NCBI GenBank assembly: GCA_044226015.1
Contig: JBGAHS010000008.1
Location: 480,001 to 544,000, forward strand
Direction of reading: 5' to 3'
DNA: 64,000 bases
Source of the DNA: Candidatus Obscuribacteraceae bacterium
GTDB lineage: Bacteria; Cyanobacteriota; Vampirovibrionia; Obscuribacterales; Obscuribacteraceae
Of the stretch, positions 39,947 to 49,968 are shown one piece after another. Numbering within the stretch: the stretch's first letter is position 1; each line of letters starts with the position of its first letter. A program made the translations under genes and the position numbers. A model generated the notes under the pieces. The model did no database searches. It was not told where the DNA came from and saw nothing but the letters and a program-made list of their open reading frames with translations.

Positions 39947-42900
39947 GTGAGTATGCGGATTTTACACAAGGGCATCGTTCTCGTTGCAGTACCTCTGGCA
40001 CTGCAAATCGCAGTTATTGCGATATTGGCTTTCTTGCTCTTCCAAACAGACCGCGAGCAATCGCGTGAGGCAGAACGCTGCAGGCTCTCAATGATCGGCT
40101 CTCGCTTATTATTTGCAAATTGTGACGCTGGAAATATTCTGATTCGAGCGTTCAAAATGCAAAACGTAAGCATTTTGAACAATTTCTTCGAAGTATGTGA
40201 CTACATCGACAGACTCAACAAAGAAATGTCTCTTGTGCCTGTCGACGACGCAGTTGAAGGTCGCGAACTCCAACTTAAATGCCTCAAAGCTCAATCAGCA
40301 GTTACCGCTCGAATGCGCGAAATCGGCGAATTGGCTACCGGCGGATTCGGCATGGGTACATTGCGATCTGTTCTGGAGAGCTATCGAAAACTGATTAGAG
40401 AACTCGATGAAGTTTTCAGCCTATTACGACTCCGCCACCAGGCTCTAGATTCCGGACTTCCTGAGCACTGGCATCGCCTGGACGAACTCCAGCAACAAGT
40501 CAATACAGTGTTGCTCTGCGCCTCAATTTCCACAGGGCTTATGGCAGTCTTCCTCATCTGGTATTACCGAAGTGAGTTCTTGCTTCGAATTGGCAGAGTT
40601 AGCCAGAACGTTCAATCTCTGACTCTGGGTCACAAAGCCTCCATCGAAGTCCGAGGAAACGACGAAATAGGTGACTTCAATGCCGCCTTTCAGAGAATGA
40701 GTGCGCAACTAGCTGCGGTGGCAGAACGAGAGCGAGCACTCTTTGAAAATAGCAGTGATATGATCTGCGTTCTAAACGAAAGGCTGCAATTTGTTCGATT
40801 CAACAAAGCTGCATCGCGTTTTTGCAACGAAGACTCTCAGCAATTGCTTCAAAAGCCCTTTTCCTCAGTTCTCAATGCTAACGAGGATGAAGCATCTCGC
40901 ATCGAACATTTACTAATCAGTGCACGCACCACGGGCAGTGCATGTTCGTTCGAATCACAACTCAATTCTCAGGGAGGCAAAGTTCTGTCTACGCTTTGGT
41001 CAGCTTTCTGGTCGCCAGACAAACTGTCATGCCACTGCGTCATTCACGATATCAGCGAAGAGCGCAAATTAGACCAGATGCGTGAGGCTTTTCTCAAACT
41101 AATCGCAGCCGACTTTTCCAAACCCTTGACTCACATTGCTGAACTAGTGGAAAAACTCTCTAGTGGCGCATCTGGTGATCTTCCTGAGAGCGCAACAAAG
41201 AAGATCTCAGGGGCGACGAGCACGCTAAGTCGAATGGTATCAATGGTCGATGAACTGATACAGCTTGAGACTCTAAAAAGCTCTACATTGAACCTGGTCA
41301 AACGAGAAGTTAGCGTCATTGATGTACTTAACGAAACAGTGAAGGATACCGAAGCTAGTGCGGAAAAGAGACAGATTAAACTATCGGTGAATTGCGATCC
41401 GTCTCTCAAGTTCAAAGTAGATTCAGATCGAATAGTTAGAGTTCTAATGAACTTCGTGTCGAATGCAATAAAATTCTCGCCGGAAGGCTCCTCAGTCATT
41501 ATTGCAGCTGAGAAAATTCAACACGACATTATTATTTCTGTGATCGACCATGGAAGAGGCATTCCGAAAGCAGCACTCTCGAACCTTTTCCAGGCCTTCA
41601 AACAAGTTGACGTAGCAGACGGAAAGAGAGGGAAAGGAACCGGACTCGGGTTAGTCGTTTGCAAGAAAATTATTGAAGAGCACGAAGGCAAAATTGGGGT
41701 TGAAAGCGAAGAAGGTAAGGGTAGTCGATTTTGGATACAAATTCCAGAGAGTGACAATGCTAACGCGCCTTCGGAAGCGCATTGGTCCACGGCAGCCACG
41801 TTGAGAAACGAGAGCATCGTTAGTTCAGCCGATCCAAAGCTAGTGCAATTCACTGAAGACAGCTCTAATCGTGCAAGCACAGACAGCAGGAACTTCTCCT
41901 CAGAAAATGCTTCGATCAGACCGAATGGCAGCAAAGTCATCGCAGAAACCCATGACACCGAATACGATACCAACAACAACAACAACACAACAAGAGCTGA
42001 CTTACCGGTAAAGAATACGACCTCAACGCTCTCCGCCACCTCAAATTCAATCAAGCTCAATGAAGTCAACGCAAAAGGCAATAGGAAGTTCAATTTTTGG
42101 GAACGACTATCATTCAAACAGAAAGGCTTTCTATTGGTCGGGCTTCCCATTCTCTTTCAGGGGTTGTTCATGGGAGGCATGCTCTATCTTCTAAATGAGA
42201 GCGCGCAATCTTACGCCAAACAAATGCACAACAGATTTGTCTGCCGCAATGCAATCAGAACCGCGATGCCATTCTTCCAGTTAATGGTAAGTCTTCGAAC
42301 CGAGGGACAGGCTGCGACCGGCTTGCATACATGTAGAGAGGTCCTGGCAGAAGAACGCGAGCGGGTTGTCGCGCTCAGAGACTCTGTCGAACACGACGAA
42401 ATGGCAAAACAGTATTATCTTCGAATTTCACGATATCTCAAAAACACGTTGCTACCGATCACTACTCGCCTGAACGAAGACCTGACTGAAGCTAGAGGAC
42501 AGCTAGACGAATCAGAAAACCGTCGATACGCAAACATACTGATCGGTATGATAAATGGACTCTGCATGCACGTGCAAGACCTGGTTAGAGCATGCGATTT
42601 GCGCGATAAAAACACACCCATTCGACTACAAGAACTGCGCCAAATTGAAATGATCGCTCTCGGTGTCGCTCTTGTTGCTAACATAACAGCTGCAGCTTGG
42701 CTCTCAATCTTCTTTTCCTCTGACGTGGTTCGTCGTTTTCTTCTTTTGTCAGATAACAGCCAGAGACTGGCTAAAGGAGCCACGTTAAACGCACCCTTAA
42801 GCGGAAGCGATGAAATTGCACACCTCGATAAAGCATTTCACGACATGGCAAAACGACTTGCTAGTGCAAGAGCTACCGAAAGCACCTTTCTCGACAATGC

Positions 42901-43933
42901 AAACAATTTCATTTGTTCTCTAACGAGTCAGGGGCGTTTCCTCAGCTTGAATAGAGCAGCAGCGGAGAAGCTCAGTATTCCATTTGAAACCGTTGGTGAA
43001 CAAAGTTTTGCGAGCATGCTACAGGAAGGGGAGCGTCCGAACTTCGAAAAATTCCTTGAGCGAACAAAGAAATCATCTGAACCAGCGGCACTGGAATTGC
43101 GAGCTCTATCCAACGGGCAACTACTCGACACAATCTGGTCGTTTATCTGGTCAGCAGCCGAACAACAATTTTACGCAGTCGGGTACGACATTACCTCCCG
43201 CAGAGATCTCGATCGCATGAAGAAAGAATTTCTCGCCCTGGTGACACACGATCTACGCACACCGCTAACGACAATTCAGGGTATGGCAATAATTCTTGAA
43301 ACTGGCAAATTGGGCGAATTACCGCCAGCTGCCGCAGCGCAAATTGGGGAAATAAAAACGGAATCAAAACAGATTCTTGAGCTGGTAAACGACCTTCTAG
43401 ATCTTTCAAAACTGGAAGCAGGAGAGCTCAGATCTGACCTGGCGGAACTAAGATTTCGCGACTTGCTCGACAAAATAGAAGATGCGCTTGAAGAGAATAA
43501 AATCACGCTTCACATCTCAGAAGCAGAAACTTCCATTCATGAGCGCATACTAGAAGCTGATGCAGAAAGGCTCGCGTATGCGATTGCAGGTGTAATCTCC
43601 GAGTTATATTCAGAGCAAACGGCCGTAAAAATGCAGCTTGAATGTAAGCCAACAAACACACTAAATCTATATTTAAGCGCAAGGTCAAATGCTTCTGCCG
43701 CTAGCCTGGAAAGCGTCAATAACAGCGAGTTATCACTATACAGTGAAACCTCTGCACACCGAATTAGATTGCCATTATCGAAACGATTTCTTCAAGCACA
43801 TATGGTTCTGACACATGCAGAATTTAGCGAGCCAAATAAGCTTCACCTGAGATTCACAATACCCCTCAAAGCAAATGCATCAGCGAATGGGAGCAATGCT
43901 AGTTCAGCGGAAAACGACTCCACATCAAAATAG
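39947..43933 (+). CDS. Fused tandem membrane sensor histidine kinase (2 x [TM-periplasmic-TM-HAMP-PAS-DHp-CA])
   Basis: Two homologous modules (KGIVLVAVPLALQ... and KGFLLVGLPILFQ...), each with HAMP (GxDEI) and PAS. Module 1 has N/G1/F/G2 boxes (NFVSNAIKF, DHGRGI, GTGLGL). Module 2 has an H-box (THDLRTPLT). The modules are joined by an S/T/N-rich linker. Confidence 0.9.
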   Translation: MSMRILHKGIVLVAVPLALQIAVIAILAFLLFQTDREQSREAERCRLSMIGSRLLFANCDAGNILIRAFKMQNVSILNNFFEVCDYIDRLNKEMSLVPVDDAVEGRELQLKCLKAQSAVTARMREIGELATGGFGMGTLRSVLESYRKLIRELDEVFSLLRLRHQALDSGLPEHWHRLDELQQQVNTVLLCASISTGLMAVFLIWYYRSEFLLRIGRVSQNVQSLTLGHKASIEVRGNDEIGDFNAAFQRMSAQLAAVAERERALFENSSDMICVLNERLQFVRFNKAASRFCNEDSQQLLQKPFSSVLNANEDEASRIEHLLISARTTGSACSFESQLNSQGGKVLSTLWSAFWSPDKLSCHCVIHDISEERKLDQMREAFLKLIAADFSKPLTHIAELVEKLSSGASGDLPESATKKISGATSTLSRMVSMVDELIQLETLKSSTLNLVKREVSVIDVLNETVKDTEASAEKRQIKLSVNCDPSLKFKVDSDRIVRVLMNFVSNAIKFSPEGSSVIIAAEKIQHDIIISVIDHGRGIPKAALSNLFQAFKQVDVADGKRGKGTGLGLVVCKKIIEEHEGKIGVESEEGKGSRFWIQIPESDNANAPSEAHWSTAATLRNESIVSSADPKLVQFTEDSSNRASTDSRNFSSENASIRPNGSKVIAETHDTEYDTNNNNNTTRADLPVKNTTSTLSATSNSIKLNEVNAKGNRKFNFWERLSFKQKGFLLVGLPILFQGLFMGGMLYLLNESAQSYAKQMHNRFVCRNAIRTAMPFFQLMVSLRTEGQAATGLHTCREVLAEERERVVALRDSVEHDEMAKQYYLRISRYLKNTLLPITTRLNEDLTEARGQLDESENRRYANILIGMINGLCMHVQDLVRACDLRDKNTPIRLQELRQIEMIALGVALVANITAAAWLSIFFSSDVVRRFLLLSDNSQRLAKGATLNAPLSGSDEIAHLDKAFHDMAKRLASARATESTFLDNANNFICSLTSQGRFLSLNRAAAEKLSIPFETVGEQSFASMLQEGERPNFEKFLERTKKSSEPAALELRALSNGQLLDTIWSFIWSAAEQQFYAVGYDITSRRDLDRMKKEFLALVTHDLRTPLTTIQGMAIILETGKLGELPPAAAAQIGEIKTESKQILELVNDLLDLSKLEAGELRSDLAELRFRDLLDKIEDALEENKITLHISEAETSIHERILEADAERLAYAIAGVISELYSEQTAVKMQLECKPTNTLNLYLSARSNASAASLESVNNSELSLYSETSAHRIRLPLSKRFLQAHMVLTHAEFSEPNKLHLRFTIPLKANASANGSNASSAENDSTSK

Positions 43934-44067
43934 TTCATTCGGAACCGCGCCTTAATCTATACAGCGATCACCAAGCGCCGCGGAAACTATGCAGCAATCA
44001 CCCGGAACCACACCAGAAGGTATTAACGAAGCCACCGCTTCCTGTAGCAATAAGAACAGAGCCAGAA

Positions 44068-44982
44068 TTATTCAGCGATAAGAGTCATGTTACCGCCATT
44101 TTTCTTAGCCTCAGAAACGGCGGAACGCGCATAAGAGATCAGCATTTTTCCATCCTCATCCATGCCATCAGAAAGCTGAGAAACGCCGATGCTCACAGTA
44201 GCCTTAAAGGTTTTGTCGAGAGAATTGAAATGAGTATTCGAGATATTCTCTCTGAGACGCTCAGCAAGTTCCACAGCGCCTGCGATCTCGGTATGAGACA
44301 GGAAAAGTCCTAGCTCCGACTCAGACAACCTGACGATAATATCTGCGTCGCGATTTTGTGCACCAATCATGCCCGAAACCTGAGTAATCAGGTTGTTCGC
44401 ACCCGATTGACCGAAGTTACGCAGTATGTCTTTGTACGCATCAACTTCCATCAGTACAAGACTCAAATTTACTTTATAGCGTCGGCACTGATTAATTTCA
44501 GCGCGCAAGAATTCTGCTAGATAACGAACACTTCTGAACGAAGTCAGTGGGTCAGTCAACGACAGTTCCCGAAGCTGCACGTCACGCTTACGAATTTCTT
44601 TCTTGAGAGAATGCTCTCTGAGAGCAATTTTTACGCGACTCAGCAGCTCTTCTTTTGCAATAGGCTTAGACAACACCCAATGCTCGTCTTCGGCTCCTGC
44701 TAGCTCGCTGGCCCGCTCTCCCTTTCGTCTCAGGAAGATTACTGGTATTTCTCTAGTCTTTTCGTCTGCACGCAGTCTCTTGAATACATCAAGCCCACTC
44801 ATCAAAGGCATCTGCAGGTCAAGCAGAATCAGGTCGGGCATTCGCACCTTGCAAGCGGCAATGGCCTTAAAACCATCAGTCGCCGATGCGACTGCGTAGC
44901 CTGTTGACTTAAGCAAATCTGTTATTAGCTCGATGTTTGCTGGCTCATCGTCAACTACTAGAATGCTGAGATTCGCGTTCAC
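44068..44982 (-). CDS. Response regulator with degenerate GGDEF domain (REC-GGDEF, probable c-di-GMP effector)
   Basis: REC: VVDDE, LILLDLQMP, SKP. GGDEF fold: LTDPLT, RDAD-IIVRL-SESEL in place of RxxD-xxxxx-GGDEF, TVSIGVS, AKKNGGN. Confidence 0.88.
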   Translation of the reverse strand: MNANLSILVVDDEPANIELITDLLKSTGYAVASATDGFKAIAACKVRMPDLILLDLQMPLMSGLDVFKRLRADEKTREIPVIFLRRKGERASELAGAEDEHWVLSKPIAKEELLSRVKIALREHSLKKEIRKRDVQLRELSLTDPLTSFRSVRYLAEFLRAEINQCRRYKVNLSLVLMEVDAYKDILRNFGQSGANNLITQVSGMIGAQNRDADIIVRLSESELGLFLSHTEIAGAVELAERLRENISNTHFNSLDKTFKATVSIGVSQLSDGMDEDGKMLISYARSAVSEAKKNGGNMTLIAE

Positions 44983-45118
44983 AGAGGCTCACCGTTTGGT
45001 ATTTAAGCTGCCAACAAGCACAGTTTTCAATAGCTGCGCCTCGAAAAAGACGGCTAGATAATAGCACAATAATCCGCGCTTCAATTTTCCCGCTTTAGCC
45101 GTTGTGATAGGCAGTTCG

Positions 45119-45490
45119 TTATTTCCGAGCAAGTTCATCTTCAACTTTAATTTTGGGAATAATCAAAGCCGAATTGTCAGCACCTTGCTCAATTTTTTCC
45201 CTATCTTCTCTGACCGCTGTTAAAAATGCTTCGAGACTCAGACCAGCATGCGAAGGTAGAAAACGCTCGACTCTAGGAATGCCTCGATCTAGCAGTTTCA
45301 GCGCACCAGATCTGTTTTCTCTGAGAACATGATAATAGGCCACAGCAATCTGAATTAACCCCTGAGTAAGCTGTTTGTCCGGCTCAGACTGCTGCTTCCA
45401 ATAAGCTTCCAATACTTCATGGCAATCGAAAAACTCTCTTTCATTGAAGAGCGCCACCCCTTGCCAAAACAAGTCGGTATCTAGCATCAT
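45119..45490 (-). CDS. DUF309 family protein
   Basis: LFNEREFFDCHEVLE..W and QGLIQIAVAYYH..RxNxxGAxxLL are DUF309 motifs. ATGA overlap with the upstream gene. Confidence 0.85.
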   Translation of the reverse strand: MMLDTDLFWQGVALFNEREFFDCHEVLEAYWKQQSEPDKQLTQGLIQIAVAYYHVLRENRSGALKLLDRGIPRVERFLPSHAGLSLEAFLTAVREDREKIEQGADNSALIIPKIKVEDELARK

Positions 45491-47640
45491 GGAATAGAAG
45501 CTATCACTATTGCAGGTGTGTCTGCCGAAACGAGATTAAGCTCAGAGCGAGCAAGCGCTTGCACCTGCCACGTGTCTTGAAGTCCCGACAAATCAACAAT
45601 ACGAGGACCACTAATGATCATAAAATCGGGAATAATTTTGCCAGCATCACCATACTGCGAATGTTCCTCGGACAAGTCACTGATAGCTTTTTCGACATCA
45701 GAAGAATTTACTTGTCGAACACTTGCCGACTTCATTTTCAAACGGATGACACCCTTATTATCCATTGCACGCAAAGCCTGCTGCTTCGTTGAAAACAACC
45801 CGAAAAGTTTCTTCTCAGTGGCATCAGTTGAGTAAATAGTAAAATAGTCAGTTTTCGCGATAATTTTCAGTGTCTGGCTTTTAGAGCGGAAGGAAGCCGT
45901 GGCAATCTTCATCTTCTCGTCATCGCTCAAGTTTACGCCCTGCTGTTCTGTTAGCCCAGTGGCACCATATGCAGTAGCACGTAAAATATTTGCACGAGGG
46001 TCGACCTCGACATGAACTTCTATGCCTGCCGGGTCCGCCCCCATCGCAGCGACAGCGTTAAATGCTTCTTCGCGAATTTTAATCAGATCATCTTGCTTTG
46101 GTTGCACAACCTGTCGTTCAACCGTTTCCCTTACGAGAGCAAGAGCCACACCAATTGCAGAAACGACATCGGCATTGTCTGCAAGAGCATGGTCGAGCCC
46201 CATTTTTCTTGCCACGTATGGAACTATCGCAGCAGCACCACCGCCACCACCAACCAGAGTTATAGACTGCATGTCCAGCTTGTATTCTGCAATAAATTTC
46301 TTCAAGGCTGGAAGAACTTTCTCGTAAGCTTTTTCAAGGACCTCTTCTGCTAAAGCATCAGGAGTGGTGCCAATTTTTGCAGCAACGAGTTTAAACCCTG
46401 CCGTAATGTTATTTTTGTCACCCAAGGCGCAATCACCTTCGGGCACATAATTCAGATAATTAGATGCGCAAGTGGGCGTCAGAGTGGACTTGCCACCCGA
46501 AGACTTAATTGCAAGATGGTCCGGAGGATCGCCTTCTTTTGGGCTGATAAATTCAACTTCTGGATTAGCAAATGTTTTCACAAATGAAACGTAGGAAAGT
46601 CCTGCAATGTGAGCACTTCGTGGTCCGACCTCAGTAATGTGCTTACCGGAAATTCGAAGCATCGAACCGCCAGCAACTCCAAGTGTATTCACATCAAGTG
46701 AGCGAACATACACGCGATGCCCGCCGATTTCTGCATCTTTGACTAGAGCCTTACCATTTCGAATTACAGATATATCAGTACTAGTGCCACCAACTTCCAG
46801 AAAGATGCCATCACTAATTCGAAGATACATCATCGCCGCCGCAACACCTGCAGCAGGTCCAGAAAGACGAGTCAGGATGGGGCGCTTACGCATGGCTTCT
46901 ATATCCATGACTCCGCCATCACTACGCATGATCATGATTGGAGCTTTAATTCCTGAAGCACGCACACTTTTCTCAGTCATGTTTGCGGTTTCAACCATTT
47001 TGGGCAGCATGGCAGCATTTATCACCGCTGTTCGCGTCCTTACCCGCAGACCATAAAGTTTGCTGACTTCCGAACCCGACGTTGCTATAAAGCCCATCTC
47101 CCTAGCTATCGCAAGCACTTCGTCTTCGTGAGCTGTGTCATCCACAGAGAAAGCTTCACTTATCGCAATGGCCTTTGCACCGGCAGCCTTTAGACGATTG
47201 AGCGCGACCTCGACCTCTTCTCTCTTGACACCATCACCGGTGTTTAAGAATTCAAAATATGTTCGTAAAAAACGTCCCTTTACGAGTTCAATCGCCCCTA
47301 TGTTCGCATGCATTCTTGCCAAAAATGAACTGGAGCCTTGCCCCATCGCCAACACACCGACCGGCGCAACATCACCCTCTAGAAGTGCATTGGTGGCTTG
47401 CGTTGTACTGTGCGCAATGAAACTCACTTCAGACGGATCAAGCGATGCTTTCTCTAGAAGCGAGTGAAGAGAGTCGATAATGCCTTTAGCAACGCCTTCC
47501 GCAGCACTGTGGGTTGTTGGTACCTTTGACTTGGAAATCAACTCTAGGGTCGCAGCATCGATAGCAACAGCGTGAGTAAAGGTTCCCCCAACATCTATTC
47601 CGATTCTGACAGATCTCGACATTAGCACCTCACCCGACAT
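45487..47640 (-). CDS. Hydantoinase/oxoprolinase (HyuA-like) family protein
   Basis: IGIDVGGTFT, HSTTQATNALLE, LSGPAAG, EVGGTSTD, GVAGGS, VGPRSA motifs. Confidence 0.9.
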   Translation of the reverse strand: MSGEVLMSRSVRIGIDVGGTFTHAVAIDAATLELISKSKVPTTHSAAEGVAKGIIDSLHSLLEKASLDPSEVSFIAHSTTQATNALLEGDVAPVGVLAMGQGSSSFLARMHANIGAIELVKGRFLRTYFEFLNTGDGVKREEVEVALNRLKAAGAKAIAISEAFSVDDTAHEDEVLAIAREMGFIATSGSEVSKLYGLRVRTRTAVINAAMLPKMVETANMTEKSVRASGIKAPIMIMRSDGGVMDIEAMRKRPILTRLSGPAAGVAAAMMYLRISDGIFLEVGGTSTDISVIRNGKALVKDAEIGGHRVYVRSLDVNTLGVAGGSMLRISGKHITEVGPRSAHIAGLSYVSFVKTFANPEVEFISPKEGDPPDHLAIKSSGGKSTLTPTCASNYLNYVPEGDCALGDKNNITAGFKLVAAKIGTTPDALAEEVLEKAYEKVLPALKKFIAEYKLDMQSITLVGGGGGAAAIVPYVARKMGLDHALADNADVVSAIGVALALVRETVERQVVQPKQDDLIKIREEAFNAVAAMGADPAGIEVHVEVDPRANILRATAYGATGLTEQQGVNLSDDEKMKIATASFRSKSQTLKIIAKTDYFTIYSTDATEKKLFGLFSTKQQALRAMDNKGVIRLKMKSASVRQVNSSDVEKAISDLSEEHSQYGDAGKIIPDFMIISGPRIVDLSGLQDTWQVQALARSELNLVSADTPAIVIASIP

Positions 47641-49030
47641 AACCTAATGCGACTGATAGCAACAGCCCGCCTACCACGGCGAGCCAGACATATGGGGCAG
47701 TACGCCTCAGTAGAACCAATGTGTCGGTACCCAGATAGGTTGCTATCCACACGTTGTGAGTGTTTGTTGGGTCACAAACACCTTGCAGTTGTCCAACAGA
47801 CATAAGCATTCCCATAATAGCCTGACCTGACAATTTGGAGCTTTCTTTCATCAATGCCACAAGTCCGCTGCCCATGCCCCAGAGACTCAACGGACCACGA
47901 TACAACGACAACGGTGCGCACAGAGTGAAAATGACTACGTAAGGCAAGGCATGCGTAGGAACCATAGCTGCAAATACTGGCGCCAGAGAGCCCGCAATTG
48001 TCTTATGCATAACCGCGCACAGCAACATGCCGATTCCCATCATTAGAATCACAGCAGGAATAACAGAGGAGGCACCTTCAATAATTGACCTGGTAAGTAG
48101 ATTTACCGAATCTTTTTTCCATGTGGTCAATACACCATAGGTGATACCAACAATGAATGCGGAGATTATATCCCACTTGCATATCAACACAAGCATTAGT
48201 GGAATTGCCGGCGTCAGGAAAGCAAGACCGGGCAGGTCTGTCTTATGCTTGAGATGCCTGAAAACTGCGAAGATAGCCCCGAGCCCGAGGATGGCAGCAA
48301 CTATCGGAAATGAAATTTCCATCGGACCTGCAGTTGCAGTAGAGGCGACGAAAGATGAGCGTGCTGCAACACCGGCAAAGAACAATCCCAAGAAAAGAAG
48401 TGATAGAGCAGCATACTTGATGTTGGAAAGTTTCTTCAGTTCAATCGTAAGGAAACAAACCAGAACTGCGCTAAGAATGCCTGCAAAAGGCAAAACAAAA
48501 GCAACGATGGTATCTTGCTGTACGTTCAAGACTTCTTTGTAGAGCACCCAGTTGGAAAGGTTAAACATGCCACCAAGATTAATACCAAGCAGGTACAGTC
48601 CTCCAGCTGTTGCAGCTGAGATACCAAGTGAAAGCATCACTGGTAGTACCACTGTTCCAACCATAATCACGGCCCCCAGACCGCCCAGCGATGAAAACAA
48701 CAACGCAGTTACAAGCGTCATCAAAAGCCCCAAAATAAAAGGGCTATCACCCGAAAACTCGGCGACCCACCTCACCATAGACTTTGCAATACCATGCTTG
48801 TTAATGAGTTCAGCAAGAACCGCACCTATCATGGTAGTCGCGTATGCAGAATGAAGCTTTAGAGCGCCAGCATTAATGACATCTTTGAGAATATCTTGAG
48901 CGGGGATGCCGCCAACAGCAGCAATCATCACCGCCATCAGTGGCAAAGCGAGCAATGCAGATATGCGGCGCGTATACATCAATGCCGCCATCAACAAGAA
49001 AATTAGAAAACAGGCGATTCCTACTTGCAC
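47630..49030 (-). CDS. Multi-pass membrane transporter (ion-transporter superfamily; GntP/CitMHS-like)
   Basis: More than 10 hydrophobic segments, GGLGAVIMVG and CDPTNTHNVW motifs. Overlaps the start of the hydantoinase-family gene. Confidence 0.75.
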   Translation of the reverse strand: MQVGIACFLIFLLMAALMYTRRISALLALPLMAVMIAAVGGIPAQDILKDVINAGALKLHSAYATTMIGAVLAELINKHGIAKSMVRWVAEFSGDSPFILGLLMTLVTALLFSSLGGLGAVIMVGTVVLPVMLSLGISAATAGGLYLLGINLGGMFNLSNWVLYKEVLNVQQDTIVAFVLPFAGILSAVLVCFLTIELKKLSNIKYAALSLLFLGLFFAGVAARSSFVASTATAGPMEISFPIVAAILGLGAIFAVFRHLKHKTDLPGLAFLTPAIPLMLVLICKWDIISAFIVGITYGVLTTWKKDSVNLLTRSIIEGASSVIPAVILMMGIGMLLCAVMHKTIAGSLAPVFAAMVPTHALPYVVIFTLCAPLSLYRGPLSLWGMGSGLVALMKESSKLSGQAIMGMLMSVGQLQGVCDPTNTHNVWIATYLGTDTLVLLRRTAPYVWLAVVGGLLLSVALGYVG

Positions 49031-49096
49031 TCAGTACCCTGATTGAACCCAACAAAAGTATAGCCTCATAGCAACACTAGCTGAGCCAATTTAGTT

Positions 49097-49756
49097 CTAA
49101 TCATCGCCAAAAGCTTCATTGAGGTCTTGCTTGAACTGCCGCCATCCTTTGATGAATTTTTTGCCGCGCTCTTCTTCTTGCTTTTCGGTGTCAGCAAAAG
49201 GGTCTTTTGCAATCGCGCTGAAGTCATAATGAAATCTTGGCGCTGACTCGGATAGAACATACTTTCCCATGCCGTCGTCCAATTTTCTGGCCATCTGATG
49301 CAGGCGGGGTAATAGATATGAGTCCCGGGCAGATTGCACGATCCATCTATTTTCCCAGCAAAGATGCGGTGGCTCAGGCAGTCTACTGTTTGCATACGCG
49401 ACCATTGCCGCCAGAATAAATGCCCCAACGCCCTTTGCTAAACCTACGCAGCCGCCTCCGATTTTCGACCAGAGCGGCAGGTTAGTCTCTTTTATGTAGA
49501 ATAATCTGGAAAGTAAAGCTTCGGTGTATTGGACCAATCCGATCCACACAAAAAAGTAGCTGACAAAGATAGAGAAAGTAGCCTCCAGGTGCAGTGTGTC
49601 AACGAGCACTGCCGCAGTGTCAACATAAATATGCTGCGCTATGAACGTGGCAAGCAAAACGGAAAACAAAAAAGTCCAGCAGCGAAGCAGCCCCATCGAC
49701 CAGCCCACCATTGAACAGAGAATCACCACCCAAGCTATCAGGCAGTCCCAGACCAT
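49097..49756 (-). CDS. cvpA: CvpA (colicin V production) family membrane protein
   Basis: N-terminal DxxIxxxxxxxxxxGWxxGLxR pattern, four TM segments, SKIGGGCVGLAKG motif. Confidence 0.7.
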   Translation of the reverse strand: MVWDCLIAWVVILCSMVGWSMGLLRCWTFLFSVLLATFIAQHIYVDTAAVLVDTLHLEATFSIFVSYFFVWIGLVQYTEALLSRLFYIKETNLPLWSKIGGGCVGLAKGVGAFILAAMVAYANSRLPEPPHLCWENRWIVQSARDSYLLPRLHQMARKLDDGMGKYVLSESAPRFHYDFSAIAKDPFADTEKQEEERGKKFIKGWRQFKQDLNEAFGDD

Positions 49757-49968
49757 AGATTCTTGCTTCCCCCCAGCCCTTTATGTGCAGGAATCAGGAC
49801 TGCTAATCATATTCAACTAGATTCTAATACGAACCGATTATTTTGACCTCCTGCTGACTGCATAGATATGCAAAACTGACCCGCAGCTCCCGCATATTTA
49901 GCAAAAGGCGTCAAATTCTTGTTGGGCTCGTATAGATTTGCCCAGGAAAGGAAACGCAGGTAAAAACT

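Noticed and set aside
39657..40182. Longer minus-strand ORFs that might frameshift into the TPR gene at the T-run near 39795
   Set aside because: They overlap the kinase start on the opposite strand and have non-protein-like composition.
43948..44014. Short direct repeats (CTATRCAGCRATCACC, CGGAACCRCRCC) between convergent genes
   Set aside because: Only two imperfect copies each; no function can be supported.
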